Source: Anaerohalosphaeraceae bacterium (lineage in GTDB: Bacteria > Planctomycetota > Phycisphaerae > Sedimentisphaerales > Anaerohalosphaeraceae). From it: a stretch of DNA of 64,000 nucleotides. Positions 48,528-58,297 of the stretch are shown here, piece after piece (the stretch's first letter is position 1; the number at the start of each line of letters is the position of its first letter). A program made the translations under genes and the position numbers. The stretch spans positions 1 through 64,000 of the forward strand of contig JBNRMN010000068.1 in NCBI GenBank assembly GCA_050309605.1, written 5' to 3'. The notes beneath the pieces were generated by a model, which worked only from the letters and a program-made list of their open reading frames with translations, was not told where the DNA came from and did not search any database.

Positions 48528-49211
48528 ATGCTTAAAGCCGTTATTTTTGATTTTGACGGTGTGATTTGTGATTCCGAAGCACTGCACTATCGGGCGCTGA
48601 ATACGGTGTTTAACCGGTACGGCGTAGATGTCCCCAAGGCGGTGCATTGGGATCGCTATCTGGGGTTCAGCGACCGGGAGAATATCGAAGCGGTTAATCA
48701 GGATTATCGGATGGGGCTGGATGCGGCCGGTGTGCGGCGTTTGATGGCTGAGAAAAAGGAGGTGTTCGAAGCGCTGGTCAGGGCCGAGCCGCTGCTCATT
48801 GACGGCGTTCAGGCGTTCGTCCGGATGCTGGTTGAGCACGGCGTTCGGCGGGCGATATGTTCAGGGGCGCTGCGTAGCGACATCGATCTGATGCTTGCCG
48901 GATCGGGGCTTGACGAGGCATTTGAGGCGATTGTCACCGCCGACGATGTCACCTGTGGTAAGCCCGATCCTGAAGGGTATCTGCTCGCATTGCAGGAGCT
49001 GAACAAACGAGACGAACATACCATAAAACCGTCGGAATGTGTCGTCATTGAAGATTCGCATTGGGGTATTGAGGCGGCATCGGCCGCGGGAATGCATCCG
49101 ATTGCGGTGACGAATACCTATAGTCGGCAAGCACTGGAGGTCAAGGCGGAGCTTGTTTTAGATAATTTGGGTCATATAACAATGGAAACACTTCGCCGAT
49201 TGTGTGAATAA
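48528..49211 (+). CDS. HAD-family phosphatase (beta-PGM-like)
   Basis: FDFDGVI.DSE, KPDPEGY, IEDS..GIEAA. Confidence 0.92.
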   Translation: MLKAVIFDFDGVICDSEALHYRALNTVFNRYGVDVPKAVHWDRYLGFSDRENIEAVNQDYRMGLDAAGVRRLMAEKKEVFEALVRAEPLLIDGVQAFVRMLVEHGVRRAICSGALRSDIDLMLAGSGLDEAFEAIVTADDVTCGKPDPEGYLLALQELNKRDEHTIKPSECVVIEDSHWGIEAASAAGMHPIAVTNTYSRQALEVKAELVLDNLGHITMETLRRLCE

Positions 49212-49330
49212 GAAGATATTGCACGGTCAGTTTTTGGTTCTTGACGGCCGGATGTCCTGAAAAGCCAAGTGTCCAGAAGTATATAAAAGCAGGTTTTTCA
49301 GTATTTCAAGGGCATTTCTTGGGGGTTGAC

Positions 49331-49358
49331 TTGACTTTTTTCCAAATGGGTCTATACT
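49331..49358 (+). promoter_or_regulatory. Sigma70-like promoter of dnaG-rpoD
   Basis: TTGACT-N16-TATACT in an AT-rich gap. Confidence 0.55.
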
Positions 49359-49439
49359 TTAATTGTCTTGAAAAATTCCAATGACTTTGGTGTTGCAGCC
49401 GGCAAGACCGGTGCGAAGAGTGTACGCAAAAGGATATAT

Positions 49440-49472
49440 GTCGGGTCCTCAAGCGGGGGTCCGACTTTTGTT
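49440..49472 (+). terminator. Intrinsic terminator-like hairpin within the dnaG leader
   Basis: GTCGGGTCCTC-aagc-GGGGGTCCGAC (11 bp, three G-U pairs) followed by TTTTGTT. Confidence 0.65.
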
Positions 49473-49509
49473 GTCTGTAAAGGGATTGTAAATACGCTAA
49501 GGAGAGATT

Positions 49510-51330
49510 TTGGTCGGTAAATGGGATGACAGTTTAATCAGCCGGATTCAACAGGCGAACGACATTGTCGATATTATATCGGAGTATCTGAGCCTGACGA
49601 ATCGCGGCAAGGAGTTTGTGGGGCTGTGTCCGTTTCACGCCGACCATCGTCCGAGTATGTATGTCAGCCCGGCCAAGCAGATATTTAAGTGTTTTGCCTG
49701 CGGGGCGGGCGGAGATGTGCTTAAATTCGTCCAGATGAAGGAAAACCTGACCTTCGTCCAGGCGGTCGAGCGTCTGGCGCAGCGGGCGGGTATTGCTCTG
49801 CCGTCCTTTCGGTCCCGGCAGACCGAGCGGCACGAGGGGACGCTCAGCCCGGCGGAGTTGGCCAAAATCAATGCCTGGGCGATGAAACACTGGACGGCGA
49901 ATTTATGGGATGAAACAAAAGGCGCCGCAGCGCGTCAGTATCTTGCGCAGCGCAGGATTTCAGAAGACACCGCTCGCACATGGATGCTTGGGCTGGCGCT
50001 GGACAGTTGGGATAATCTGCTCAGAAAGGCGGCTCAGGATAAGATAGCGGAAAAAACGCTCATTGAGGCCGGTCTGGCGGTTCCTCGAGAGGGGGCCGGC
50101 GGTTGTTACGATAAATTTCGTCATCGGCTGATGTTTCCGATTGCCGATGTGACCGGTCGGGTAGCCGGCTTCGGCGGTCGGACGCTCGGACAGGATCCGG
50201 CCAAATATATGAATTCACCGGCTACGGCGCTGTTCGATAAAGGCCAACTGCTGTACGGCCTGCGGCAGGGGCGTGACGCGATTGTCAAGGCCGGCCAGGC
50301 GGTCGTGGTCGAAGGTTACACCGATGTACTGATGGCGCATCAGCATGGCTTGAAGACGGTGGTAGCGGCGCTGGGGACGAGTTTGACCGATGAACATACG
50401 CGCATCCTGCGTCGGTACGCTGAGCGCATCGTACTGGTTTTTGACAGTGATGTGGCCGGTCGGGCGGCCGCCGGTCGGGCGCTGGCGGTCTGTCTGAGCG
50501 GCAAGGTGGAGATTCGTCTGGCGTTTGTGCCGGAAGGCAAGGACCCCTGCGATTTTTTGATCGAGGCCGGAACCGAGGCCTTCGAGTCGGTCGTTGCCAA
50601 CGCCGAGGATGTTCTCTCGTTCAAATGGAAGCAGCTTAAAGAGGAGATAGCCGATCAGGATAATCTGCCGAAACGGGCCGAGGCGGTCAGTCAGTTTCTA
50701 AAGACCGTCGCGGCGGCGGTTCAGGCCGGTCAGACCGATTCGCTGGCACTGGCGGTGCTTATCGGACGGCTCAGCACGCTGCTTCAGACGCCTAAGTCGC
50801 GTATTGATGAGGAATTACAAAAGCTGCTCAAACAAAAACCGACCGCAGCACGTACAAAAGAGCAATCCGCGGTGATGGCCAAGAGCGACGATCGTGAAGA
50901 AAACGCCGTGATGAAGGCGCGCCGAGAAATCCTTGAAGTGCTTATTCAGGAGCCGGGGCTGTATGCTGCCGTGTTTGGGCGGCTGACGCTGGAGGATTTC
51001 GGGGCGGACGGCCCATTGCGTGACATCGCTGAGGCGGTGCTTCCGTCTTTGGATGCGGGCAATGACCTGCAGGCCGCTCGGCTGTACCGGCAAATTGAAT
51101 CGCTCGAAACAGCGGCCGTTCTGACAAAAATGACCTCCGCTGTCGGCCCCAAAGGGGCCGGAGCGCGGCGGCTGAGCGATGCGCTGGCTGTGCTTGAGCA
51201 GGATCGGCACCAACGCGATATTGACGCGCACAAAGACCGGTTGACGGATGATGCAACCGACGCTTTGCTGCGTATCGACGGCTATCTGAAACAGCACAAG
51301 GGCAATCCCCGCTGCGGCGGCTTGTACTAA
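49510..51330 (+). CDS. dnaG: DNA primase
   Basis: CPFH...CFAC zinc finger, FGGR, KYMNSP, VEGY.D, FDSD.AG, KDP; TTG start with TAAGGAG SD. Confidence 0.96.
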   Translation: MVGKWDDSLISRIQQANDIVDIISEYLSLTNRGKEFVGLCPFHADHRPSMYVSPAKQIFKCFACGAGGDVLKFVQMKENLTFVQAVERLAQRAGIALPSFRSRQTERHEGTLSPAELAKINAWAMKHWTANLWDETKGAAARQYLAQRRISEDTARTWMLGLALDSWDNLLRKAAQDKIAEKTLIEAGLAVPREGAGGCYDKFRHRLMFPIADVTGRVAGFGGRTLGQDPAKYMNSPATALFDKGQLLYGLRQGRDAIVKAGQAVVVEGYTDVLMAHQHGLKTVVAALGTSLTDEHTRILRRYAERIVLVFDSDVAGRAAAGRALAVCLSGKVEIRLAFVPEGKDPCDFLIEAGTEAFESVVANAEDVLSFKWKQLKEEIADQDNLPKRAEAVSQFLKTVAAAVQAGQTDSLALAVLIGRLSTLLQTPKSRIDEELQKLLKQKPTAARTKEQSAVMAKSDDREENAVMKARREILEVLIQEPGLYAAVFGRLTLEDFGADGPLRDIAEAVLPSLDAGNDLQAARLYRQIESLETAAVLTKMTSAVGPKGAGARRLSDALAVLEQDRHQRDIDAHKDRLTDDATDALLRIDGYLKQHKGNPRCGGLY

Positions 51331-51380
51331 GAAACCGAAAAAACACAGAGTGAAGATCAAACGCAATCATAAGGATAGGT

Positions 51381-53306
51381 ATGGCAAGCAGGAAGAGAAA
51401 AAAAGACAATGAGATGATGGAACAGGGGTCGTTTACGTCCGACGAGCTGGACCAGTTGGACGATCTGGATGATCTGGACCTCGACGAACAGGAGGATGAG
51501 CAAGAGGATATCGACATGGACGATCCGCACGAGGCGGACGATCTGTCCGATCCTGCTGCGGACCAGGAGCAGTCGAAAGAACCGACCGCTTCGGTCGATG
51601 AGGATGATGAAGTGAACGTGATCGCCGGCCGCAAAGAAAAGATCGAGCAGGTCATCAGCGGAATCATCAAAAAAGGGCGTGAAAAAGGGTATCTCACGTA
51701 TGAAGAGATCAATGACGCGCTGCCCGATGAGATCATCAGTCCGGCCCGCCTTGACAGCCTTTTGATGACACTGGACGAACTGGGTGTGCAGATTCTGGAC
51801 GAAGCCGACGTCGAGAAAGACACCGACGACGATTTCGAGGATACGGATAAGGTGGGTCGCGGCGACGATGAAGACCTCGAAGAAGATATGCAGGTTGAAG
51901 AGGAACTCGTTGAGTCCGAAGGCCGCAAGATCGACGATCCGATACGGATGTATCTGACGCAAATGGGTGAAATTCCGCTGCTGACGCGCGAGGAGGAAAT
52001 CAGTCTGGCCCGAAAGATTGAACTGACGCGAATCGCGTTTCGCCGGAAAGTCCTTGAGAGCGACTATTGCGCCCGCACGGCGATTGAGATTCTCCAGCAG
52101 GTGGATGAAGGAGCGCTGCCGTTTGATCGCACCATGAAGATGAGCAGCGGCGAAGGGCAGGAGCGAATGGTGGTCAAGAACCGCCTGCCGGCCAACATTG
52201 AGACAGTGACCAAACTGCTGGATCGCAATACCGATTTGTTTGACCAATCCAGGAGCGCCGACGGTGTTGACAAGCTTAAAGGAATTGTGCGTCAGATTCA
52301 CCGCAACCGCCGCAAAATCGCGACGCTGCTGGAGGAACTGACGCTGCGCACCAGTCGGATTCAGCCGATGATGAAGAAACTGCAGGGCATTCAGCTTAAG
52401 ATGCACCAGCTTCAGGCCATCATCGACGCCGGACCGGGCGGCGATTATACGACCGAAGATATCGAGGCGATCAAGCAGGAGCTGGAAGGCCTGCAGGATC
52501 TGGTGCTCGAAACGCCCAAACAGTTGGACAAGCGGCTGCGGGCGATTGAAGCGGTGTACGCCCAGTATGAAGAAGCCAAGCGGCGTCTGTCCGGCGGCAA
52601 CCTGCGGCTGGTGGTCTCCATCGCCAAAAAATACCGCAATCGCGGCTTGAGCTTTCTGGATATTATCCAAGAGGGCAACACCGGCCTGATGCGGGCCGTC
52701 GATAAGTACGAATACCGTCGCGGCTACAAGTTCAGCACGTATGCGACGTGGTGGATTCGACAGGCCATCACCCGCGCCATCGCCGACCACGCCCGCACGA
52801 TTCGGATTCCCGTGCATATGATTGAGACCATGAGCAAGCTGCGCACGATCAGCAAAAATCTGCTGCAGGAACTCGGACGTGAGCCGACGATTGATGAAAT
52901 CGCCAAAGAAGCCGAGATGAGTGTGGCCGAGACCCGCCGTGTGCTGAAAATCAGCAAGCATCCGTTCAGTCTCGACCGTCCCATTGGCGAAAGCGAAGAC
53001 AGTTATTTCGGCGACTTCATCGAGGATGACCGCGCCGAATCGCCCGTCCAGTCGGCCACTCAGGAGATGCTCAAAGACCGCATCGACCAGGTGCTCAAGA
53101 CGCTGACCTATCGCGAGCGCGAAATCATCAAACTGCGCTACGGCATCGGCGACGGCTACACCTATACGCTCGAAGAGGTCGGACGCATCTTCAAGGTCAC
53201 CCGCGAGCGCGTCCGCCAGGTCGAGGCCAAGGCCATCCGGAAACTTCAGCACCCCGTCCGCGCCCGCAAACTGGAAGGCTTTTTAGACAACAAATCCGTG
53301 GTGTAA
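51381..53306 (+). CDS. rpoD: Primary sigma factor RpoD
   Basis: [53 protein letters not shown]; long acidic N-terminus. Confidence 0.97.
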   Translation: MASRKRKKDNEMMEQGSFTSDELDQLDDLDDLDLDEQEDEQEDIDMDDPHEADDLSDPAADQEQSKEPTASVDEDDEVNVIAGRKEKIEQVISGIIKKGREKGYLTYEEINDALPDEIISPARLDSLLMTLDELGVQILDEADVEKDTDDDFEDTDKVGRGDDEDLEEDMQVEEELVESEGRKIDDPIRMYLTQMGEIPLLTREEEISLARKIELTRIAFRRKVLESDYCARTAIEILQQVDEGALPFDRTMKMSSGEGQERMVVKNRLPANIETVTKLLDRNTDLFDQSRSADGVDKLKGIVRQIHRNRRKIATLLEELTLRTSRIQPMMKKLQGIQLKMHQLQAIIDAGPGGDYTTEDIEAIKQELEGLQDLVLETPKQLDKRLRAIEAVYAQYEEAKRRLSGGNLRLVVSIAKKYRNRGLSFLDIIQEGNTGLMRAVDKYEYRRGYKFSTYATWWIRQAITRAIADHARTIRIPVHMIETMSKLRTISKNLLQELGREPTIDEIAKEAEMSVAETRRVLKISKHPFSLDRPIGESEDSYFGDFIEDDRAESPVQSATQEMLKDRIDQVLKTLTYREREIIKLRYGIGDGYTYTLEEVGRIFKVTRERVRQVEAKAIRKLQHPVRARKLEGFLDNKSVV

Positions 53307-53343
53307 GCGGCTTTGTCTGATCTTGCACGAATACCCTGTGCTG

Positions 53344-53378
53344 GAATTCGAATTCTGAATTCTAAATTCTGAATTCTA
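53344..53378. repeat. Short tandem repeat (RAATTCT)n, about 5 units
   Basis: gaattc gaattct gaattct aaattct gaattct, between the convergent rpoD and lpxI ends. Confidence 0.7.
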
Positions 53379-54224
53379 AACGCCCACCACGGCGATGCCG
53401 AGTTTGTCGGCCAGGGCCAGTGTGTCGGGTTTATCGATGATCAGGGTGCGCTCTTTCTCCACAGCCAGACACGCGGCCTTATGGCGTTTGAGGCTCTCGA
53501 TGGTGTCCGGCCCGACGCAGGGCACATCAAACCGCATATCCTGGTTGGGTTTGGCGGCCTTGAGCAGTGTCCAGCCGCCTTTTTTGCACAGTACCCCGGC
53601 CCGCTCAATCATCTCGGCGGTGCCTTCGATGGCCTCAACGGCGATAATCTCCCGCTCGCGCACGGCGATGGCCTGTCCGATATCCAGCCGTCCGATCTCC
53701 AGCACCATCGGCCAGCCGAACTCAATGTCCGCCCGGACAGAAGCTGACGGTTGTGTGCGGGTCATCACGCCTTCATGTGCCATATGGTCTTTGCAATACA
53801 TCATCGAATTCTCCAGAATGATCCCGCCGGAGGCAAATTCCTCGGCAATGGCGTTGAGCACTGAATCGTTGCGTTTGTCCCTGCCCCGCAGCCGTACATA
53901 CCAGATCCGCAGCGCCCGCCAATCGGGCAGATATTTGAGAATCCGCCACGGCGTAAAGAGGCGGGTTTTGGCGACGCGCCCGACCATAATCGCGCGGCTC
54001 ACACCGCAGCGCCGCAGCTTTCGCAGCCAGCCGCCCGGACGGGCAATCGCCCCGCGAAAAAACACATCGACGTGCTTGGCCAGATCCGGCGAGGCATTGT
54101 CGGCCAGGCCCACACAGACCACCTTCAATCCCGCCCGCCGGGCACCGTCGGCAACCATAAACGGCAGGCGTCCTTCGCCGGCGATCAGTCCCAAAACCGG
54201 AGTATCAGTTTCCGTCCGAGCCAC
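53376..54224 (-). CDS. lpxI: UDP-2,3-diacylglucosamine diphosphatase, LpxI family
   Basis: LGLIAG.G.LP, G.V.K, DIGQ, AVEAIEGT, KPNQDMRFDVP.VG..T; GTG start at 54224 inferred. Confidence 0.9.
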   Translation of the reverse strand: MARTETDTPVLGLIAGEGRLPFMVADGARRAGLKVVCVGLADNASPDLAKHVDVFFRGAIARPGGWLRKLRRCGVSRAIMVGRVAKTRLFTPWRILKYLPDWRALRIWYVRLRGRDKRNDSVLNAIAEEFASGGIILENSMMYCKDHMAHEGVMTRTQPSASVRADIEFGWPMVLEIGRLDIGQAIAVREREIIAVEAIEGTAEMIERAGVLCKKGGWTLLKAAKPNQDMRFDVPCVGPDTIESLKRHKAACLAVEKERTLIIDKPDTLALADKLGIAVVGV

Positions 54225-55242
54225 GGTCGCGCTTGTCCATCCTGCGTTCAAGGTCTCTGATCTTCTTGCGGAGTTCCGGCAGGTACTCGATGAGGCTGTA
54301 GGCGCGTCGGGCCTTGCCGGCATCGATGGCCGGAGCGCCGACAAGGGTCGCCCCGTCCGGCACGTCGTTAATCACCCCGGCCTGCGCCCCGATCCGCACG
54401 CCGTTTCCGATTTTTATGTGGCCGACCACGCCCGCCTGGCCGCCGAGGACACAGTGATGGCCGAGGGTAGCCGATCCGGATATCCCCACCTGCGGCACCA
54501 GCAGACAGTACGGTCCGATCCGCGCGCCGTGGCCGATGGCGACCGCGTCACCGATCTTGCTGCCTTGGCCGATGACGGTGTCGTCCAGCGTGCCGCGCTC
54601 AATGGCGCAGCCGGCGCCGATTTCCACGTCATCTTCCAGAACCACCCCTCCGATTTGCGGAATCTTGTGATGCACCCCTTTGTGTGTGGCAAAACCAAAC
54701 CCGTCTTGCCCAACCGAGGCGTTGGATTGGATAATGACCCGATGACCGATGCGGCAGCCGTCATAAATCACCGCATTCGGATAAAAAATACAGTCATCGC
54801 CGATCTGGACATTCGGTCCGATGCTCACGCCGGGGTAAAAATAGCAGTTGCAGCCGACCGTGACATTCTGGCCGATACTGACAAACGCCGCCGCCTGAGT
54901 GCCTTTGCCTAAACGGGCCGACGGGGCGATGTCGGCCTTGTCGGACACACCGACGGGAGGGTGTTCCCGATGGCCGTGCAGCAGGACGACCACCTGCATA
55001 AAGGCGTAGTACGGATCGTCGGTAATGATCTGAACCGCCGAGGTCGTCACCGGCATCGACACCAGCACCGCCGCCGCCTGAGTGGCCTGCACCTTGGGGG
55101 TGTATTTGGGGTTGCTCAAAAAAGTAATCTGCCCCGGCCCGGCGCTGTCCAGCGTCGAGGCGGCACGGATGGTGACCGATTCACTGCCCAGCACCCGACC
55201 GCCGACATAATCGGCGATTTCTCTTACGGTTTTTGTCTGCAT
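54205..55242 (-). CDS. lpxD: UDP-3-O-(3-hydroxymyristoyl)glucosamine N-acyltransferase
   Basis: ITFL.N.KY, DPY.AF, hexapeptide repeats, DGFGF, KIPQ.G.V, IGH. Confidence 0.95.
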   Translation of the reverse strand: MQTKTVREIADYVGGRVLGSESVTIRAASTLDSAGPGQITFLSNPKYTPKVQATQAAAVLVSMPVTTSAVQIITDDPYYAFMQVVVLLHGHREHPPVGVSDKADIAPSARLGKGTQAAAFVSIGQNVTVGCNCYFYPGVSIGPNVQIGDDCIFYPNAVIYDGCRIGHRVIIQSNASVGQDGFGFATHKGVHHKIPQIGGVVLEDDVEIGAGCAIERGTLDDTVIGQGSKIGDAVAIGHGARIGPYCLLVPQVGISGSATLGHHCVLGGQAGVVGHIKIGNGVRIGAQAGVINDVPDGATLVGAPAIDAGKARRAYSLIEYLPELRKKIRDLERRMDKRDRGSDGN

Positions 55243-55521
55243 TCCGAATCATTTCTGTCTGAATAATCTCATTTTTCGCTGATTATACCGATTTTTGTCG
55301 TATCGTCAAACGCCTGTGCTCGCGAAATCTTGACAGGGCGTGCAAGTGCGACTGCCTTATACCGGTTTGCCCTCGTGCTTAAACCGATCGAGTCATCGCA
55401 AGCGAAGATGATTGTCAGATAAATTTGTATAAATTCAAAATTTTTTTGGCTAAGTATGTTCTGAAAAATAAAACATAAGTCATTTTATATAAATTATTTA
55501 AAAATATCTGCTTCATTGGGC

Positions 55522-55549
55522 TTGACATAAATAAAAATTTAATTAGAAT
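55522..55549 (+). promoter_or_regulatory. Sigma70-like promoter with an AT-rich upstream region
   Basis: TTGACA-N16-TAGAAT. Confidence 0.55.
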
Positions 55550-55589
55550 AGAAGAGACATTAGGGAACATTATTTGCTAAAAATAAATT

Positions 55590-56050
55590 TGTGAGTCCTC
55601 CTGATGAGCCGGATGACACGATACAGTGTGAAGCGGTTTATACGCGTCGTTCGGACTCATTTGTGAGCGTTGAATACACAGGAGTATTTGTGGGATTTTA
55701 CGTCGTCTATAACATGTTCTTTCGGCTTGTTCGGCGCGTCGTTTGGCTGATTGATTGGCGCGCCGTACGCCGCGGCGATTCCCGCGTGTGTATTTCGTTT
55801 GCTTATATCCCGAAGGGCTTGCAGCATCACAGTGCCATGTTGTTTTCCGGTATGTCGCCGCCGAAGTTTGAATGCCAGCTTCGTTAGTGCCCCGGCGGCA
55901 GGTCGGCAGCGTATCTGAATTGCCTTTCGTTTCGACTCGATAAGGATGCAGCGGACAGTCTCTGCGCACAGCACATCACCGGACTGACCGTACGTTTGGC
56001 CCCAAGGACAAAGGTTGCGTCCTGCGCCCTACCCCGAACAGTCAGCCGGT
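55590..56050 (+). ncRNA. Candidate structured non-coding RNA or long 5' leader (family unassigned)
   Basis: Six or more consecutive stems with G-U pairs on the + strand; no convincing ORF; lies just after a promoter. Confidence 0.4.
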
Positions 56051-56137
56051 TTATGCCGCCGATACATCGCCGACGAAATAAAACTTCGACACAACAATAA
56101 TCAGAAAGCAACTGTTGCGTTGATACCGGAGGTTACA

Positions 56138-56368
56138 ATGATGGACAAATGGAGTATTTCCATAAGGACGCTGGATGAAGAATTGATTCATAAGAATATC
56201 ATTGAAGCAGCGGATTTGGCAACTGCAAAACAACAATGTCTGAATATCTGCAAAGATCAGTTTAAAGACAAGGATAGGCTATATCTTGAATCGCGAGGCA
56301 AAGGACGCTATGTGATTGTCTCAGACCTGGACGACGTCGGGCAGGTCAGAATTGAACGTATGAACTGA
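56138..56368 (+). CDS. Small hypothetical protein (76 aa)
   Basis: GGAGG SD before ATGATG; globular alpha/beta-like composition. Confidence 0.7.
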   Translation: MMDKWSISIRTLDEELIHKNIIEAADLATAKQQCLNICKDQFKDKDRLYLESRGKGRYVIVSDLDDVGQVRIERMN

Positions 56369-56492
56369 CAGGGTTCATTAAAAAAACACAGGCCGACAGA
56401 TGCCTTATCCATAACGCATTGATGCGCAAGATGACAAAGCAGAAAAACCTGGTTTCACACGGCATTCAAACTTTAATTATGAGGCGAAGCCC

Positions 56493-56915
56493 ATGATCAA
56501 ATGTGAAAATAAACCCAGTGTTATCAAAAGACCGCCGATTCTGTCGGAGATGGATTATTACCGACTATTATCCACGATTCAGCATGAAAAACAACGCGGC
56601 ACAACCAGCAGACGACGTTTGAGCCGGTTCCGTCATCTGCTTAAGAATGTGCATATGTATCCGATCCGTTGGTTTCCGGTGGATGTCGTTTCAATGAATT
56701 CGGTCTTTGAGTTGACCGTCTCAGGCGATGCTCTGTATATCGTGCGGCTGGTCTATCCGCACGAGGCAAATTTTAAAGAGCGGAAACTATCCGTCTTGTC
56801 AAGTTTGGGGATGCGACTGTTCGGCAGACGAACGGGTGATTCCCTGCGCTGCGGTCAGCTTCGTATCGGAAAAATTTTGTATCAACCGGAACTGTACGAC
56901 CAATTTGATTTGTAA
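56493..56915 (+). CDS. Rnk-like protein (GreA/GreB C-terminal domain)
   Basis: DVVSMNS, LVYP.EA, LSVLS.LG..LFG...GD, ILYQPE. Confidence 0.8.
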   Translation: MIKCENKPSVIKRPPILSEMDYYRLLSTIQHEKQRGTTSRRRLSRFRHLLKNVHMYPIRWFPVDVVSMNSVFELTVSGDALYIVRLVYPHEANFKERKLSVLSSLGMRLFGRRTGDSLRCGQLRIGKILYQPELYDQFDL

Positions 56916-57193
56916 GCCGGACGGTTTTCAGGCGATCCAATGGATTCGGGTACACAAAGCTGCCGGTTTTCTGAAAGATCACTGTCTGAAATTGAGGCAA
57001 TATGATGAATAACAAGACACCATTCAGGACACATTACCCTCCGGCCGGTTGGCGGCTCTGTCGGAGATGCCCTGCCTTTCGATCCGGCTGCGGCCGCGTT
57101 GAGCGCCGTTCGGGAATGTGTGGACGTCCGTTACCGACATCGCAAAGCGGCGAAACAGCCGCAGCAGTGACCCACCGGCATTCAAGTTGACAG

Positions 57194-58225
57194 TCAATGT
57201 ATCTCCAGTCGCGTTGCACCAAGCTGGCCGCAGGCGGCTTTGATAGATCGCCCCCGGCGATACCGGATGACGGCCTCAATGCCGGCGTTTGCCAGAATGT
57301 CAGCGAATGCCCGAATTCGGCGGGGCGGCGAAGGGGCGAACGGACAGCCGGCAAACGGATTCATCTCGATCAGGTTGACATTGACGTTGAGGCCTTTGAG
57401 CAGGTCCGTCAGCAAGCGGGCCTGGTCGTTGCTGTCATTGACGGTATGAACCAAACAGTATTCAATCGTTATCCGCCGTCTGGTTTGCCGCTGGTAGTTC
57501 CTCAAGGCCTCCAGCAACCGGCCAAGCGGGTATTTTTTGCCGATGCGCATCAGTTTTTGCCGGGTGGAGTCATCGGCGGCGTGCAGCGAGACCGCCAGTC
57601 GGGGATGCAAAGACCACCCGGCCAGTGTGTCGATGCCTTCCGGCAGGCCGCAGGTCGAGAGGGTAATGCGGCGAATGCCGATGTCAGCGCCGTGCCGGTC
57701 GTTGAGCAGTTCAACCGACCGCATCACCGCGTCAACATTGTCCAGCGGCTCGCCCATACCCATATAGACGACGTTGTGGATCGTTTGGCACACCCGCTGA
57801 GCCTGATAGACCTGATCGACGATCTCGGCGGACGTCAGATTGCGGTCGAAGTTCAGTTGGCCTGTCGCGCAGAACGCACAGCCCATCCGGCACCCGGCCT
57901 GCGTCGAAAGACACAGTGTATTCCGCCCGCGGTCGCTGAGCCGGACTGTCTCAATCCGACCGCCGCCGGGCAGGTCAATGACGAATTTTGTCGTGCCGTC
58001 AGGGTCGTCATGATGTTCAGCAAGTTGTAACGCCGAAATGAAGTAATCGTCCTGAACCAGCCGGTCTCGAAAGATCGCCGGCAGGGGGGTAATGTGCTTG
58101 AGGTCGGTGATGTGTTTTTGATGGATAAATGAAAACAGATAGTCCGCCAGAAATTGCTTCTGCCCATAAGAGGCAACCAGCCGACACAGCTCGGCCGGGC
58201 GATATTGTTTCAGGTCTTTATCCAT
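57194..58225 (-). CDS. rlmN: 23S rRNA/tRNA adenine C2-methyltransferase RlmN
   Basis: DGT.K, C.STQ.GCRMGCAFCATG, MGMGEPL.N, SLHA, EY, NLI..N, AACGQL. Confidence 0.93.
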   Translation of the reverse strand: MDKDLKQYRPAELCRLVASYGQKQFLADYLFSFIHQKHITDLKHITPLPAIFRDRLVQDDYFISALQLAEHHDDPDGTTKFVIDLPGGGRIETVRLSDRGRNTLCLSTQAGCRMGCAFCATGQLNFDRNLTSAEIVDQVYQAQRVCQTIHNVVYMGMGEPLDNVDAVMRSVELLNDRHGADIGIRRITLSTCGLPEGIDTLAGWSLHPRLAVSLHAADDSTRQKLMRIGKKYPLGRLLEALRNYQRQTRRRITIEYCLVHTVNDSNDQARLLTDLLKGLNVNVNLIEMNPFAGCPFAPSPPRRIRAFADILANAGIEAVIRYRRGRSIKAACGQLGATRLEIH

Positions 58226-58297
58226 CCCCGCACTATACAGCGCCGCGCGGGTCGATTCAATGGGAATTCGGCAGTCGCGACCTGCCGAAATGGAGCG

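Noticed and set aside
55601..55645. Hammerhead ribozyme core (CTGATGAG)
   Set aside because: The candidate stem II (CCG...CGG) is followed by TTTA rather than GAAA, and no stem III or cleavage triplet was found
55577..55974. ORFs 55591..55887 (+), 55577..55969 (-) and 55657..55974 (-)
   Set aside because: No SD, no motifs, atypical composition and mutually overlapping; not accepted as genes, although not formally excluded
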